64,000 nt of DNA from Pseudomonadota bacterium (GTDB lineage Bacteria > Pseudomonadota > Gammaproteobacteria > Burkholderiales > Burkholderiaceae_C), in assembly GCA_021808445.1 (NCBI GenBank), contig JAKBBP010000009.1, positions 10,277-74,276 on the forward strand, written 5' to 3'. The notes under the pieces are model-generated. The model searched no databases, was not told the origin of the DNA, and saw nothing but the letters and a program-made list of their open reading frames with translations. Below, in pieces: positions 48,216 to 57,539 of this stretch (its first letter is position 1; each line of letters starts with the position of its first letter). A program made the position numbers and the translations under genes.

Positions 48216-49706
48216 TCAGATGGCCGTCCACAGGTACACGTACAGACTGTTGTTGGCACTGGCCCCTTGCGCGGAACCGGCGAACTTGTTGTAGGTCGTG
48301 TACTGCACCCCCACGCGAAGGTTCTTCTCCGGATCCACCCAGCTCTTGCCGAAGGGGTTCCAGTCCAGCTCCCAGGTCACGCCCGAAGTCTGCGGGCTGG
48401 AGGCGGGGTTGTAAAGGTAGGGGTCGTTGCTTCCCGTGGTGTTGAAGAACTGGATGGTCGCGCCATAGGTGTTCTGGTACCAGTAGGCCGCGTTCACGTT
48501 CATCGCGTTGAGCGTGTCACTGGAGTTCGACGTCGCCCCGGTCAGGTAGCTCTGCGTGAAACTCTGGCGCTCGTGGATGTACAGGCCGTTGACCGACCAG
48601 ATCCCGTTTTCACCAAAGTACTGGTAGCTGGCGTCCAGACCGATGTCGCGGTAGGTCTCGTCGGGCCCGTTGCCGGCCAGGGTGGGATCGAGGTTGTCGG
48701 CCACCTGGGAGTTCGGGTTCTGCGGGTTCAGCTTGGTCTGCATTCCCAGCACGCCGAACTCATAGTTGTTCGCGCCGATGGTGTTGGAGTAATTGAAGCG
48801 CAAGTAAGGGGCATAGCCCGAGACCACCCCGCCGCCGGCGCTCAGATCCGCGTTGGCCCCACCGGCGCTGTTGATCGGGTCGGCCGGGCCGCCAGCGTGC
48901 AGCTGGTTACCCCACCAGTTGGACATCTGGTGATACAGACCCAGCTCTGCGTACCAGTGGTTGTCCACCAGGGTGTAGAAGGATGCGCCGATCACGTGTT
49001 CGCCCAGGTCCTCGATGACCGGGGTCTGGCCATAGCCCGAGCCGAAGGGGCTGGTCATGAAGCCGAACTGCCAGGCCGGCACGGTGTTCCATACGTCGGA
49101 CACGGTCGGGTTGTTGTTCAGCGACACCCCGAAGATGCCGGTGGTGGACCCGATCTTGTAGGTGTTGGCGAAACGCAGGTCGGAGTTGTCCCAGGCGAGG
49201 TTCTGCGAACCCGGATCCGAGTAGGTGGCCTGGGCCAGTACGCCCACATGGTCGCTCAGGCGGCCCGCCAGGAACACGGAGGCCTGTTGCAGCGCGGTGA
49301 CGTTGTCGTTGGCGTTGAAGCCGACCGGCGGGGCGCTGTTGTCGCCGGTGGTGTGGGTGTAGGAAGCCACCAGCATCGCCGACAGGGGAATGTCATGCTT
49401 GGCGCTGCCGCCCTTCAGGGTGTAGCCCCCGAGCTTGAAGGCCCGGCCGAAGGGCGTGAGCTGCGGGCCGAAGCCCCCGACGTGGCAGGCCACGCAATCC
49501 TGTCCGGTCTGGCGTGCGAAGGCGGGGACCGCATGGGCTGGCGAGGCCGTCAGGCCGATGAAGGCCAGGACGCCCAGCCCCTGCAGCAGGCCGCGCGCGC
49601 GGGCCAGTGAGCGGGCCAGCGGGCGAGCGCAAGAGCGATGGTCGGATGGGTCGAGCGGTCCGCCGTTCGACGGCCGCCGGAAGGCAGGTGCGAGTCTGTT
49701 TGTCAT
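48216..49706 (-). CDS. cyc2: Cyc2-like cytochrome c-porin fusion
   Basis: Signal peptide then VPAFARQTGQDCVACH...PQLTPFGRAFKLGGY; single CxxCH; beta-barrel C-terminus LYVYLWTAI. Confidence 0.85.
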   Translation of the reverse strand: MTNRLAPAFRRPSNGGPLDPSDHRSCARPLARSLARARGLLQGLGVLAFIGLTASPAHAVPAFARQTGQDCVACHVGGFGPQLTPFGRAFKLGGYTLKGGSAKHDIPLSAMLVASYTHTTGDNSAPPVGFNANDNVTALQQASVFLAGRLSDHVGVLAQATYSDPGSQNLAWDNSDLRFANTYKIGSTTGIFGVSLNNNPTVSDVWNTVPAWQFGFMTSPFGSGYGQTPVIEDLGEHVIGASFYTLVDNHWYAELGLYHQMSNWWGNQLHAGGPADPINSAGGANADLSAGGGVVSGYAPYLRFNYSNTIGANNYEFGVLGMQTKLNPQNPNSQVADNLDPTLAGNGPDETYRDIGLDASYQYFGENGIWSVNGLYIHERQSFTQSYLTGATSNSSDTLNAMNVNAAYWYQNTYGATIQFFNTTGSNDPYLYNPASSPQTSGVTWELDWNPFGKSWVDPEKNLRVGVQYTTYNKFAGSAQGASANNSLYVYLWTAI

Positions 49707-49753
49707 GATGGCCCCCTCTGGGCACGAGCTGGGGAAAACCCCCTTTGCAACTC

Positions 49754-49796
49754 ATGCTAGGGAACCACCTGGGGTCCGGCGCTTGACCGACATCAA
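49754..49796 (-). promoter_or_regulatory. FNR-type class II promoter of cyc2-like gene
   Basis: Minus strand TTGAT-gtcg-GTCAA (49796-49783) and -10 TAGCAT (49759-49754). Confidence 0.65.
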
Positions 49797-49820
49797 AGGA
49801 TGCCAATACGCCAGCGACGC

Positions 49821-50237
49821 TTACAAGCCGGCCCAGCGCGTGATCTCTCGTGCGGGCACCACGCCGCTATGACGCCGGATTTCCTGTCCGTTGCGAAAAA
49901 GCAGCAAGGTGGGGATGCTGCGGATCCGGTGGCGCACCGAAGCCTGGGGGTTGTCGTCCGAATTCACCTTGGCCAGCACGGCGCGGCCCTGCAGCTGTTG
50001 CGCAGCCTGCTCGAACTGCGGCGCCATCATGCGGCAGGGCCCGCACCACGGAGCCCAGAAATCGACCAGCAGGGGCAAGTCGCTGCGCGCGACGAAGCGT
50101 TCGAAGTCGGCGTCGCCCAGTTGCAGGGGCGCGGGGCCGAACAGGGCCTGGTGGCAGCTTCCGCATTGCGGATGCTGCTGCAGGCGTTCCTCGGGCACAC
50201 GGTTGATGGCCGAGCAATGAGGGCAGACGACATGCAT
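49821..50237 (-). CDS. trxC: Thioredoxin 2
   Basis: Zn-binding CPHC/CGSC plus WCGPC. Confidence 0.95.
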   Translation of the reverse strand: MHVVCPHCSAINRVPEERLQQHPQCGSCHQALFGPAPLQLGDADFERFVARSDLPLLVDFWAPWCGPCRMMAPQFEQAAQQLQGRAVLAKVNSDDNPQASVRHRIRSIPTLLLFRNGQEIRRHSGVVPAREITRWAGL

Positions 50238-50411
50238 GGTGACTCCCGCTGGGCGAGGACGCCGGCCCCCAGGGCCGGCCAACAATACTCCGCTACGTAT
50301 ATGGGCGCCGCGAGGCCGGCTTCAAGACCTGGCGCTCAAGTCGTCGCTCCTTGCCGGCTACGCTACGCTGCGGGCGCAAGCCTTCCCCCCTCGCCAGGAG
50401 ACTCGACCACC

Positions 50412-50957
50412 ATGCCCCGCATCGCCTATCTGCCCTCCGACCTTGCCGAACCCGCCGAACTGGTGGCGGCGATCCGCAGGCGGCGGGGAGGGGAGCTGCT
50501 CAAGCTCGACCGCATGCTGCTGCACAGTCCGGAATTCGCGGCAGGCTGGAACGCCTTGCTGGGAGCCGTACGCGCACGACTGCACCTGGACCCCCGGCTG
50601 CGCGAGCTGGCGATCTGCGCGGTGGCGCGGCTCAATGACGCTGCCTACGAGTTCGAACAACATGCCCCCGAGTTTCTCGCCGCCGGCGGCACGCAGGAAC
50701 AGCTCGACGCGCTCGACGACGTGGATGCCGCCAGCCGCGACGAGGCCCGCTTCGACCCGCGCGAACGCGCTGCCCTGCGCCTGACCCGCGGCATGACCCG
50801 CGACGTACGTCCTTCGGAGCAGGATTTCGAGGCCGCTGCCGCCCTGCTGCCCCGCCAGGAATTGGTGGAACTGGTCGGCGTCGTGGCCTGCTACAACATG
50901 GTGTCGCGCTTCCTGGTCGCGCTGGGCGTGCACAGCGAGATCGACGAGGCCGGCTGA
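50412..50957 (+). CDS. Carboxymuconolactone decarboxylase/AhpD-like protein
   Basis: RMLLHSP, LRELAICAVA......YEFEQH, YNMVSRFL. Confidence 0.85.
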   Translation: MPRIAYLPSDLAEPAELVAAIRRRRGGELLKLDRMLLHSPEFAAGWNALLGAVRARLHLDPRLRELAICAVARLNDAAYEFEQHAPEFLAAGGTQEQLDALDDVDAASRDEARFDPRERAALRLTRGMTRDVRPSEQDFEAAAALLPRQELVELVGVVACYNMVSRFLVALGVHSEIDEAG

Positions 50958-50979
50958 GCCGCGACCCGCAGGCGAGGAT

Positions 50980-51816
50980 TCAGGAAGGGTCGTCCTCGGG
51001 CGCGCGCCGGGGCTTGCGCCCATGCACACCCGCCACGCGATCCCACAGCCAGCGCGGCAGGACGTGCAGCAGCTTGCTGAGCACCGCCATGGGCCAGGGA
51101 ATGGTGGCGTAGGCACGGCCACGATCGATGGCACGCAGCGCACGCCGCGCGAAAGCCGGCGCGTCCAGCAGGAAGGGCATGGGAAAGGGATTGCCGGCCG
51201 TCATGGGCGTGGCGATGAATCCCGGGCTGACGGTGACCACGCGCACCCCGCTGCCGCGCAGCTCGACGCGCAGGCTCTCCATGGAATGGATCAGCGCCGC
51301 CTTGCTGGCGCTGTAGGCCGCGTGGCCCGGCAGGCCGCGCACCCCTGAGACGCTGGCGATGGCCGCCAGGGTGCCGGAGCCGCGCGCTCGCATCGGCGCG
51401 ATGAAGGGAGACAGGGTGCCCAGCGCGGCCAGCCAGTTGCTGTGCATGATCTCGCCGGCCACCTGCAGGTCCGGCCCATGCGAGAGGTCGATACCGTGGC
51501 TGATGCCGGCCGCGGCCACCACCACCTGGGGGCAGCCCCAGTCCTGCAGCAGCCGCACTGCCTGCTCGTACCAGGCCTGGGTGTCGCGCAGATCCACGCT
51601 GATCAGGCGCAGGCGAGCCGGATCCACCACCTGCAGGCCCTGGGCCTGCGCGCAGCTCATCGCGGTCGCGTCCAGCGCGCTGCCACGGCGTCCCACCAGC
51701 ACCACGCGCCAGCCTCGCGCAGCATAGGCCTGGGCCAGCGCCGCGCCGATGCCGCTGGAGGCACCGGTGACCACGGCCACCGAAGCCTCCCCTCGGGCCT
51801 CGGCACCGCTGGTCAC
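50980..51816 (-). CDS. SDR family oxidoreductase
   Basis: TGASSGIG, YSASK; GTG overlaps lptC stop. Confidence 0.9.
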   Translation of the reverse strand: MTSGAEARGEASVAVVTGASSGIGAALAQAYAARGWRVVLVGRRGSALDATAMSCAQAQGLQVVDPARLRLISVDLRDTQAWYEQAVRLLQDWGCPQVVVAAAGISHGIDLSHGPDLQVAGEIMHSNWLAALGTLSPFIAPMRARGSGTLAAIASVSGVRGLPGHAAYSASKAALIHSMESLRVELRGSGVRVVTVSPGFIATPMTAGNPFPMPFLLDAPAFARRALRAIDRGRAYATIPWPMAVLSKLLHVLPRWLWDRVAGVHGRKPRRAPEDDPS

Positions 51817-52457
51817 GAGCCCGCTCCCTGGCGCAGATGGCCGCGTACGGCGCCGTGCATGGTGAAGGTGCCGTCCAGGCCGTTCATCTGCAGATCGTTG
51901 CCCGAGAATTCCGAGTTGCCCTGCTGCACGGTGCTGGGGCGATTGGAACTGATGCGGCGTTCCTGCGGAAACACGTTCAGGAAACTGCTGCGCACGGTGA
52001 TGGTCTGCGCCTTCGGGGCCTCGCGTTGCAGCACGGCCTGGCCATACAACTGCACATTGCTGCCGTCCGCGTTGCTCAGGCCCACGTCGGCACTGGCCAG
52101 GGTCACCGCCCCCTGGGCGTCGTGTACCCGCAGGCGCGGCTGCACGATACGTACCGTCTGGTTGCCGGGAATATGTTCCATCGCGGCCCCGCTGAGTTCC
52201 GCGCTGGATCGCCCGAGGGAGTCGAAATTGCGGGTCTGGAAGTCCCTCAGGAAATAGTCGGGCTTTTGCGGAGCCGCGGCGGAAGTCCCTGCGCGATGGA
52301 TGGCCAGCAGGGCCTCGCGCGCCACCCAGGCGCTGAAACCCGCCAGCATGAGCATGAGCGCCAGCGGCAGCATGGTGGACACGCGGCGCCACCACAGGAA
52401 CAGATTCAGGCGCGGGCGCCCCGCGCCCCGGCGTGCGGCAGGCTGCGGCGGCGTCAT
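51813..52457 (-). CDS. lptC: LPS export protein LptC
   Basis: N-terminal TM, PDYFLRDF, beta-jellyroll; follows kdsD-kdsC. Confidence 0.85.
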   Translation of the reverse strand: MTPPQPAARRGAGRPRLNLFLWWRRVSTMLPLALMLMLAGFSAWVAREALLAIHRAGTSAAAPQKPDYFLRDFQTRNFDSLGRSSAELSGAAMEHIPGNQTVRIVQPRLRVHDAQGAVTLASADVGLSNADGSNVQLYGQAVLQREAPKAQTITVRSSFLNVFPQERRISSNRPSTVQQGNSEFSGNDLQMNGLDGTFTMHGAVRGHLRQGAGS

Positions 52458-52462
52458 GGCGC

Positions 52463-53041
52463 TCACTCCTCGCGCACGGCCTGCTCCAGCAGGGCGGCGT
52501 AGGCGCCCTGCGCGCACAGCAGCAGGTCGCAGAGTTCGCGCACCGCGCCGGCGCCCGCGCCGGCACGGGTGCGGTAATGCACCCGCGCCAGCACCTCGGC
52601 GTGGGATTGCGGCGGGCAGGCCGCCAGGCGCGCGCGCACCAGCAAGGGCAGGTCGGGCCAGTCATCACCGATCACGGCCGCCTGCTCCCACTCCAGGCCC
52701 AGCGCGCGCAGCACGCCCTGGGCGCCCGGCAGCTTGCGGCTGCGCCCGAGCACCGAGTGCTCGAGCAGGCCCAGTTCGCGCAGGCGCGCCCGCAAGGCGG
52801 GGCTGTCGCGCCCGGACACCACCACGGGACGCACCCCGCAGGAGGCCAGCAGCTTGAGGCCGTGGCCGTCCAGGGTGCTGAAACGCTTGAGCTGCTCGCC
52901 CTCGGCGCCCACCAGCAGGTCGCCGGGCGTGAGCACGCCGTCCACGTCGAGCAGGAGCACGCGCACGGGCTGGGCGCGAAGCAGGATTTCGGGATCGAAA
53001 GCGACCCGGGGGGCCATGTCGAACATAGGGGAATCGGTCAC
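52463..53041 (-). CDS. kdsC: KDO 8-phosphate phosphatase
   Basis: DVDGVLT, DGHG, IGDDWPD, GAGAVRELCD. Confidence 0.92.
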   Translation of the reverse strand: MTDSPMFDMAPRVAFDPEILLRAQPVRVLLLDVDGVLTPGDLLVGAEGEQLKRFSTLDGHGLKLLASCGVRPVVVSGRDSPALRARLRELGLLEHSVLGRSRKLPGAQGVLRALGLEWEQAAVIGDDWPDLPLLVRARLAACPPQSHAEVLARVHYRTRAGAGAGAVRELCDLLLCAQGAYAALLEQAVREE

Positions 53042-53049
53042 GCGGGGAA

Positions 53050-54048
53050 TCAGACCACCTTGGCGTCGAACAGGTCGTGCATGTGCAGCGCGCCGATCAC
53101 CTGGCCGTGCTCATCGACCACCAGCATCTGGCTGATGCGATGGCGCTCCATGCGCTGCACCGCCTCCACCGCCAGCGCCTGCGCGTCGATGGTGCGCGGG
53201 TTCGGGTGCATGGCCTCCCCGGCGGTGAGGCTGCGCAGGTCCACGCCGCGCTCGACCAGGCGGCGCAGGTCCCCGTCGGTGATCACGCCGCGCAGGCGCT
53301 GCCCGGCATCGACCACGGCGGTCATGCCCAGGCCCTTGCGGGTCATCTCCAGCAGCGCCTCGGAGAAGGGCACGGTTTCGGCCACCCGGGGGATGCGCTC
53401 GCCGCTGCGCATGACGTCGGCCACGTGGGTCAGCAGCCGCCGCCCCAGCGCGCCGCCGGGGTGGGTGCGCGCGAAATCCTCGGCGCCGAAGCCGCGCGCG
53501 TCCAGCACCGCCACCGCCAGCGCGTCGCCCAGCGCGAGTTGCGCGGTGGTGCTGGTGGTAGGGGCCAGGCGCAGCGGGCAGGCCTCGCGCTCGACGGCAC
53601 AATCGAGATGGATGTCGGCATAGCGCGCCAGGGTGGAATCGGCACGGCCGGTGATGGAAATCAGCTGCGTGCCCATGCGCTTGACCAGGGGCACGATGCG
53701 CGTGAGTTCCTCCACCTCTCCCGAGTTGGACATGGCGATGAACACATCCTGCTCGGTGACCATGCCCAGGTCTCCGTGGCTGGCCTCGGCCGGGTGCACG
53801 AAATACGCGGGCGTTCCGGTGGAAGCGAGCGTGGCAGCCAGCTTGCGCGCAACATGGCCGCTCTTGCCCATGCCGGAGACGACCACGCGCCCCTTGCAGT
53901 CCAGCAAGGTTCGCACGGCCTTCGCGAAAGCCGAGGCCAGGGGCTCGCGTTCCACGCGCTCGGCCAGAGCCTGCACGGCGGCGGCCTCGATCTGCAGGGT
54001 TTCGCGCGCCAGGCGCAGGACCTTGTCAGGGGAAAATTCCGATCTCAT
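53050..54048 (-). CDS. kdsD: Arabinose 5-phosphate isomerase (SIS+CBS)
   Basis: GMGKSGHV, HPAEASHGDLG, HPGGALG, CBS pair. Confidence 0.95.
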   Translation of the reverse strand: MRSEFSPDKVLRLARETLQIEAAAVQALAERVEREPLASAFAKAVRTLLDCKGRVVVSGMGKSGHVARKLAATLASTGTPAYFVHPAEASHGDLGMVTEQDVFIAMSNSGEVEELTRIVPLVKRMGTQLISITGRADSTLARYADIHLDCAVEREACPLRLAPTTSTTAQLALGDALAVAVLDARGFGAEDFARTHPGGALGRRLLTHVADVMRSGERIPRVAETVPFSEALLEMTRKGLGMTAVVDAGQRLRGVITDGDLRRLVERGVDLRSLTAGEAMHPNPRTIDAQALAVEAVQRMERHRISQMLVVDEHGQVIGALHMHDLFDAKVV

Positions 54049-54125
54049 CGGCCGCAGTATAGGCAGCGGGACGGCCAGGGTCCCCCGGCAGGCATCCAGC
54101 CGCCGCCCGGTGCGGGGCAGAGGCG

Positions 54126-55544
54126 TCAGGCAGCCGGCCGCAAAGGCTGGTCACGCTGTTCGACCAGCCGGCGCAGCGCCAGCAGCATCAGCAGGCCGGG
54201 AGCGGCGCTGGCCACGCTGAACAGGTAGAAGCCGGGCCAGCCCAGGTGCTGCGCCAGGTAGCCGCTGAGCGGACCCACGTACACCCGGCCCACCGCCGAC
54301 AGCGCCGACAGCAGCGCGAACTGGGTGGCCGAGTAGCGCGTGTCGCACAGCGCCGACAGGAAGGCGACGAAGGCCGCCGTACCCATGCCCGCCGTGAAAT
54401 TCTCCACCCCGACCGCGCCGGCCATCAGCGGCAGCGAGGCCGGCAGCACCGCCAGGCCCCAGTAGGCCAGGTTGGACAGCCCCTGGGCCAGGCCGAACAG
54501 CATCAGCGAGCGCCACAGTCCCAGGCGCGCCAGCCAGGCCCCGCCCAGCAGCGCGCCGACGATGGTGGCCAGCAGCCCCATGCTTTTGTAGACCAGGCCG
54601 ACCTGCGCGGGGCTGTAGCCGGCGCCACGGATCAGGAAGGTCGTGGACAGGGCCCCCGCGAAGGCATCGCCCAGCTTGTACAGCACGATGGCCACCAGCA
54701 GCGCGACGGCCTGCGGGCGCCCGAAGAACTCCCTCGCCGGCTCCAGCACCGCGGCGCGCAGCGTGGGCGGCGCCGCAAGCCCCGCGGGCGGGCGCGGCGC
54801 CCACAACGTGGCCAGCATGCACAGGGCCATCACGCCCGCCATGGCCGCGTACATGCCGCGCCAGCCCAGCCACTCGGCTGCCAGCCACAGCGCCAGGCCG
54901 CCCGACACCACCATGCCCAGGCGGTAGCCGAGCACGACCACTGCCGCCCCGGCGCCGCGCTGCTGCGGCGGCAGCAGATCGGTGCGGTAGGCGTCGATGA
55001 CCACGTCCTGCGAGGCCGACACGAAAGCCAGCGCCACCGCCAGGATCACCACCGGCAGCAGGCGTGCCTGCGCGGCAGGCATCGCGCCGGTGAATACACC
55101 CAGCCAGGGGGGCAGGGCCCCGGCCTGCGGGATGCCCGACCAGGCCATCGCCCCCAGCAGCAGCGCCAGTCCCGCCTGCAGGGGAAGCAGCCAGGCCCGC
55201 CGGCGACCCAGGCGGGGAGCCAGGCCGGGCAGCTCGATGCGGTCCATCAGCGGCGCCCACAGGAACTTGAACACGTAGGCCTGGCCGATCAGCGTGGCCA
55301 GGCCGATGGCCTCCAGGCTGGCGCCGCGTACCGTCAGCCAGGCCTGCAGGGTGCCGGAACTCAGCGCCAGCGGAAGCCCCGAGGAAAAGCCCAGGAACAG
55401 CATGGAGGCCACGCCCCGATTGGCGAACACCGCGCGCAGCGTGGTCGCGGCTGGGGACGTGGATCGGGAAGTGCTTCGGGACGTGCTTCGGGACGTGCTT
55501 CGGGACGTGCTGCGGGGAGCGGGGGTGGGCGCGGGCATGGGCAT
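54126..55544 (-). CDS. ampG: Muropeptide MFS permease
   Basis: LGFSSGLP, KFLWAPLMD, SASQDVVIDAYR, ATQFALLSAL; start uncertain. Confidence 0.93.
   Translation of the reverse strand: MPMPAPTPAPRSTSRSTSRSTSRSTSRSTSPAATTLRAVFANRGVASMLFLGFSSGLPLALSSGTLQAWLTVRGASLEAIGLATLIGQAYVFKFLWAPLMDRIELPGLAPRLGRRRAWLLPLQAGLALLLGAMAWSGIPQAGALPPWLGVFTGAMPAAQARLLPVVILAVALAFVSASQDVVIDAYRTDLLPPQQRGAGAAVVVLGYRLGMVVSGGLALWLAAEWLGWRGMYAAMAGVMALCMLATLWAPRPPAGLAAPPTLRAAVLEPAREFFGRPQAVALLVAIVLYKLGDAFAGALSTTFLIRGAGYSPAQVGLVYKSMGLLATIVGALLGGAWLARLGLWRSLMLFGLAQGLSNLAYWGLAVLPASLPLMAGAVGVENFTAGMGTAAFVAFLSALCDTRYSATQFALLSALSAVGRVYVGPLSGYLAQHLGWPGFYLFSVASAAPGLLMLLALRRLVEQRDQPLRPAA
55454..55513. repeat. Five 12-bp tandem units encoding STSR repeats at AmpG N-terminus
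   Basis: GGGACGTGCTTC consensus x5. Confidence 0.9.
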
Positions 55545-55689
55545 TTCGGGCAGGCGCCACGGCCTGCCCTCGCCGATGCGCGGGGGTGGCGGGCAGGCCT
55601 TAGCATAGCGGCCTGTCGCGTCGCCGCAGGGGCGTTCGCCTCCAGGAAACGCCGGGCGGTCCGCCCGGTTCGCGCCGTCATTGCCCGCC

Positions 55690-56367
55690 ATGTCCGAACC
55701 CAGCAGCATTGCCCAGGAATTCGTCCGCTTCGCCGTCGACAGTGGAGTCATCCGCTTCGGCTCCTTTGTCACCAAGGCCGGACGCCAGACCCCCTATTTT
55801 TTCAACGCCGGACTGTTCAACGACGGCGAGCGCCTGGGGCGCCTGGCCGGCTTCTACGCCGACGCGCTGCTGGCCAGCGGCATCGAGTTCGACATGCTGT
55901 TCGGTCCCGCCTACAAGGGCATCGCGCTGGCGGCCGCGCTGTCGGTGGAACTGGCGCGCCGCGGCCGCAACGTGGGCTTCGCCTACAACCGCAAGGAGGC
56001 CAAGGACCACGGCGAGGGCGGCCACCTGGTCGGCGCCCCCGTGAAGGGTCGGGTGGTGATCGTCGACGACGTGATCTCCGCCGGTACCGCGGTGGGGGAA
56101 TCCCTGCGCCTGCTGCGCAGCGCCGGCGCCCAGCCCGCGGCCGTGCTGATCGCGCTGGACCGCCAGGAGAAAGCTGCCGTGGCCGGCAGCACCCTGCCCC
56201 ACTCCGCCGTGCAGCATGTGCAGACCGAACATCACCTCCCCGTGGTGGCGATCGCCGACCTGGACGCGCTGCTCGCCGTGCTCGACGCCGCGCAGGACCC
56301 GGAACTCGCCCGCTGGCTGCCCGAGGTGCGCGACTACCGCGCCCGCTACGGCGTCAGCCGCGCCTGA
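55690..56367 (+). CDS. pyrE: Orotate phosphoribosyltransferase
   Basis: PYFFNAG, FGPAYKGI, RKEAKDHGEGG, VDDVISAGT. Confidence 0.97.
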   Translation: MSEPSSIAQEFVRFAVDSGVIRFGSFVTKAGRQTPYFFNAGLFNDGERLGRLAGFYADALLASGIEFDMLFGPAYKGIALAAALSVELARRGRNVGFAYNRKEAKDHGEGGHLVGAPVKGRVVIVDDVISAGTAVGESLRLLRSAGAQPAAVLIALDRQEKAAVAGSTLPHSAVQHVQTEHHLPVVAIADLDALLAVLDAAQDPELARWLPEVRDYRARYGVSRA

Positions 56368-56666
56368 GCCCAGGCCTCCGGGGCGGCAGCCCTCCCTTGT
56401 CGCCAGGGGACGACAGCGTCCGAGCACGGTTTTGCGGGCTTCCAAGAGCAAGCGCGGCGTGGTCTGTCGCCGCCCGGCGACGGCGAGGGGCTGAAATACC
56501 CCGCGAGGCCGTGGGCCTTCGGCTTCGGGGCGGCGCCTGCGTGCGCATTTTTCCCTGCCACACCGGGCACTTGCGCGAAACGCGCGGATCAGGCCCAGGC
56601 GTTAGCACGACAATTGCTCCAGTCCCCGGGAAGGCGCGGCAGGACGCCGCCATCCAGGAGAACGAC

Positions 56667-56870
56667 ATGAGCACGAATTCACGCCCCGGACGCAGCCGCA
56701 GCATCGACCACGACGCGATGTTCGCCCTCGCGCTGCAACGCGCCAGCGACTGCGAGCCGGCCCATGTCGTCCAGGAGCCCTGCGCGGCAAGCGTGCTGCT
56801 GGCCCGAGCCGGGCGCGTGTTCCCCTGCCCCTCGGGGGCGGCCGGTCGCGATCAGGTCCCGCCCACGTAG
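56667..56870 (+). CDS. Possible 67-aa hypothetical protein
   Basis: AGGAG RBS 6 nt before ATG; no recognised family. Confidence 0.4.
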   Translation: MSTNSRPGRSRSIDHDAMFALALQRASDCEPAHVVQEPCAASVLLARAGRVFPCPSGAAGRDQVPPT

Positions 56871-57490
56871 GGATTGCTGCGGCGCTCGACCCCGAATGTC
56901 GACTCCGGCCCGTGGCCGGGAATGAACACGGTCTCGTCGCCCATGGGCCACAGGCGCCCGACGATGCTGTCGATCAGCTGCTGGTGATTGCCGCGCGGAA
57001 AGTCGGTGCGCCCGATGGAACCGGCGAACAGCACGTCACCCACCCAGCAGCGCCGGGCCGGCGCATGGTGGAACACCACGTGCCCGGGCGTGTGCCCCGG
57101 GCAGTGCCGCACCTCGAACTCCAGCTCCCCGAGCCGCAGCTGGTCGCCGTCGACCAGCCAGCGCGCGGGCGTGAAGGCCTGCGCGGGCGGAAAGCCGAAC
57201 ATGCGCGACTGCTGAGGCAGCATGTCGATCCAGAACTGGTCGTCGCGGTGCGGCCCGATGATGGGCACCTCCAGGGTCTGCGCCAGTTCGCCGGCAGCGC
57301 CGGCATGGTCGATATGCGCATGGGTGAGCCAGATCGCACCCACGCGCAGATCTCGGCTACGGGCCTCCTCCACCAGGCGCTCGATCTCCCCCCCGGGATC
57401 CGTGAACACCGCCTCGCCGGTGGCGTCGTCCCAGAGCAGGCAGCAATTCTGGGCGAAGGGTGTGACGGGGAGGATCTGGTAGCGAAGCAT
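56852..57490 (-). CDS. MBL-fold metallo-hydrolase (YcbL/GloC-like)
   Basis: THAHIDH, PGHTPGH, GDVLF.GSIGRTD, PGHG. Confidence 0.92.
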   Translation of the reverse strand: MLRYQILPVTPFAQNCCLLWDDATGEAVFTDPGGEIERLVEEARSRDLRVGAIWLTHAHIDHAGAAGELAQTLEVPIIGPHRDDQFWIDMLPQQSRMFGFPPAQAFTPARWLVDGDQLRLGELEFEVRHCPGHTPGHVVFHHAPARRCWVGDVLFAGSIGRTDFPRGNHQQLIDSIVGRLWPMGDETVFIPGHGPESTFGVERRSNPYVGGT

Positions 57491-57505
57491 GGGGGTGAAA
57501 GGAAT

Positions 57506-57539
57506 CGGACAACAAAGTGCGAAAACGGACAACAAAGTG
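57506..57539. repeat. 14-bp direct repeat, 20-bp period
   Basis: CGGACAACAAAGTG at 57506 and 57526. Confidence 0.9.

Noticed and set aside
50980-54048. lptA/lptB missing after lptC
   Set aside because: They may simply lie elsewhere in the genome; no truncation or scar is visible.
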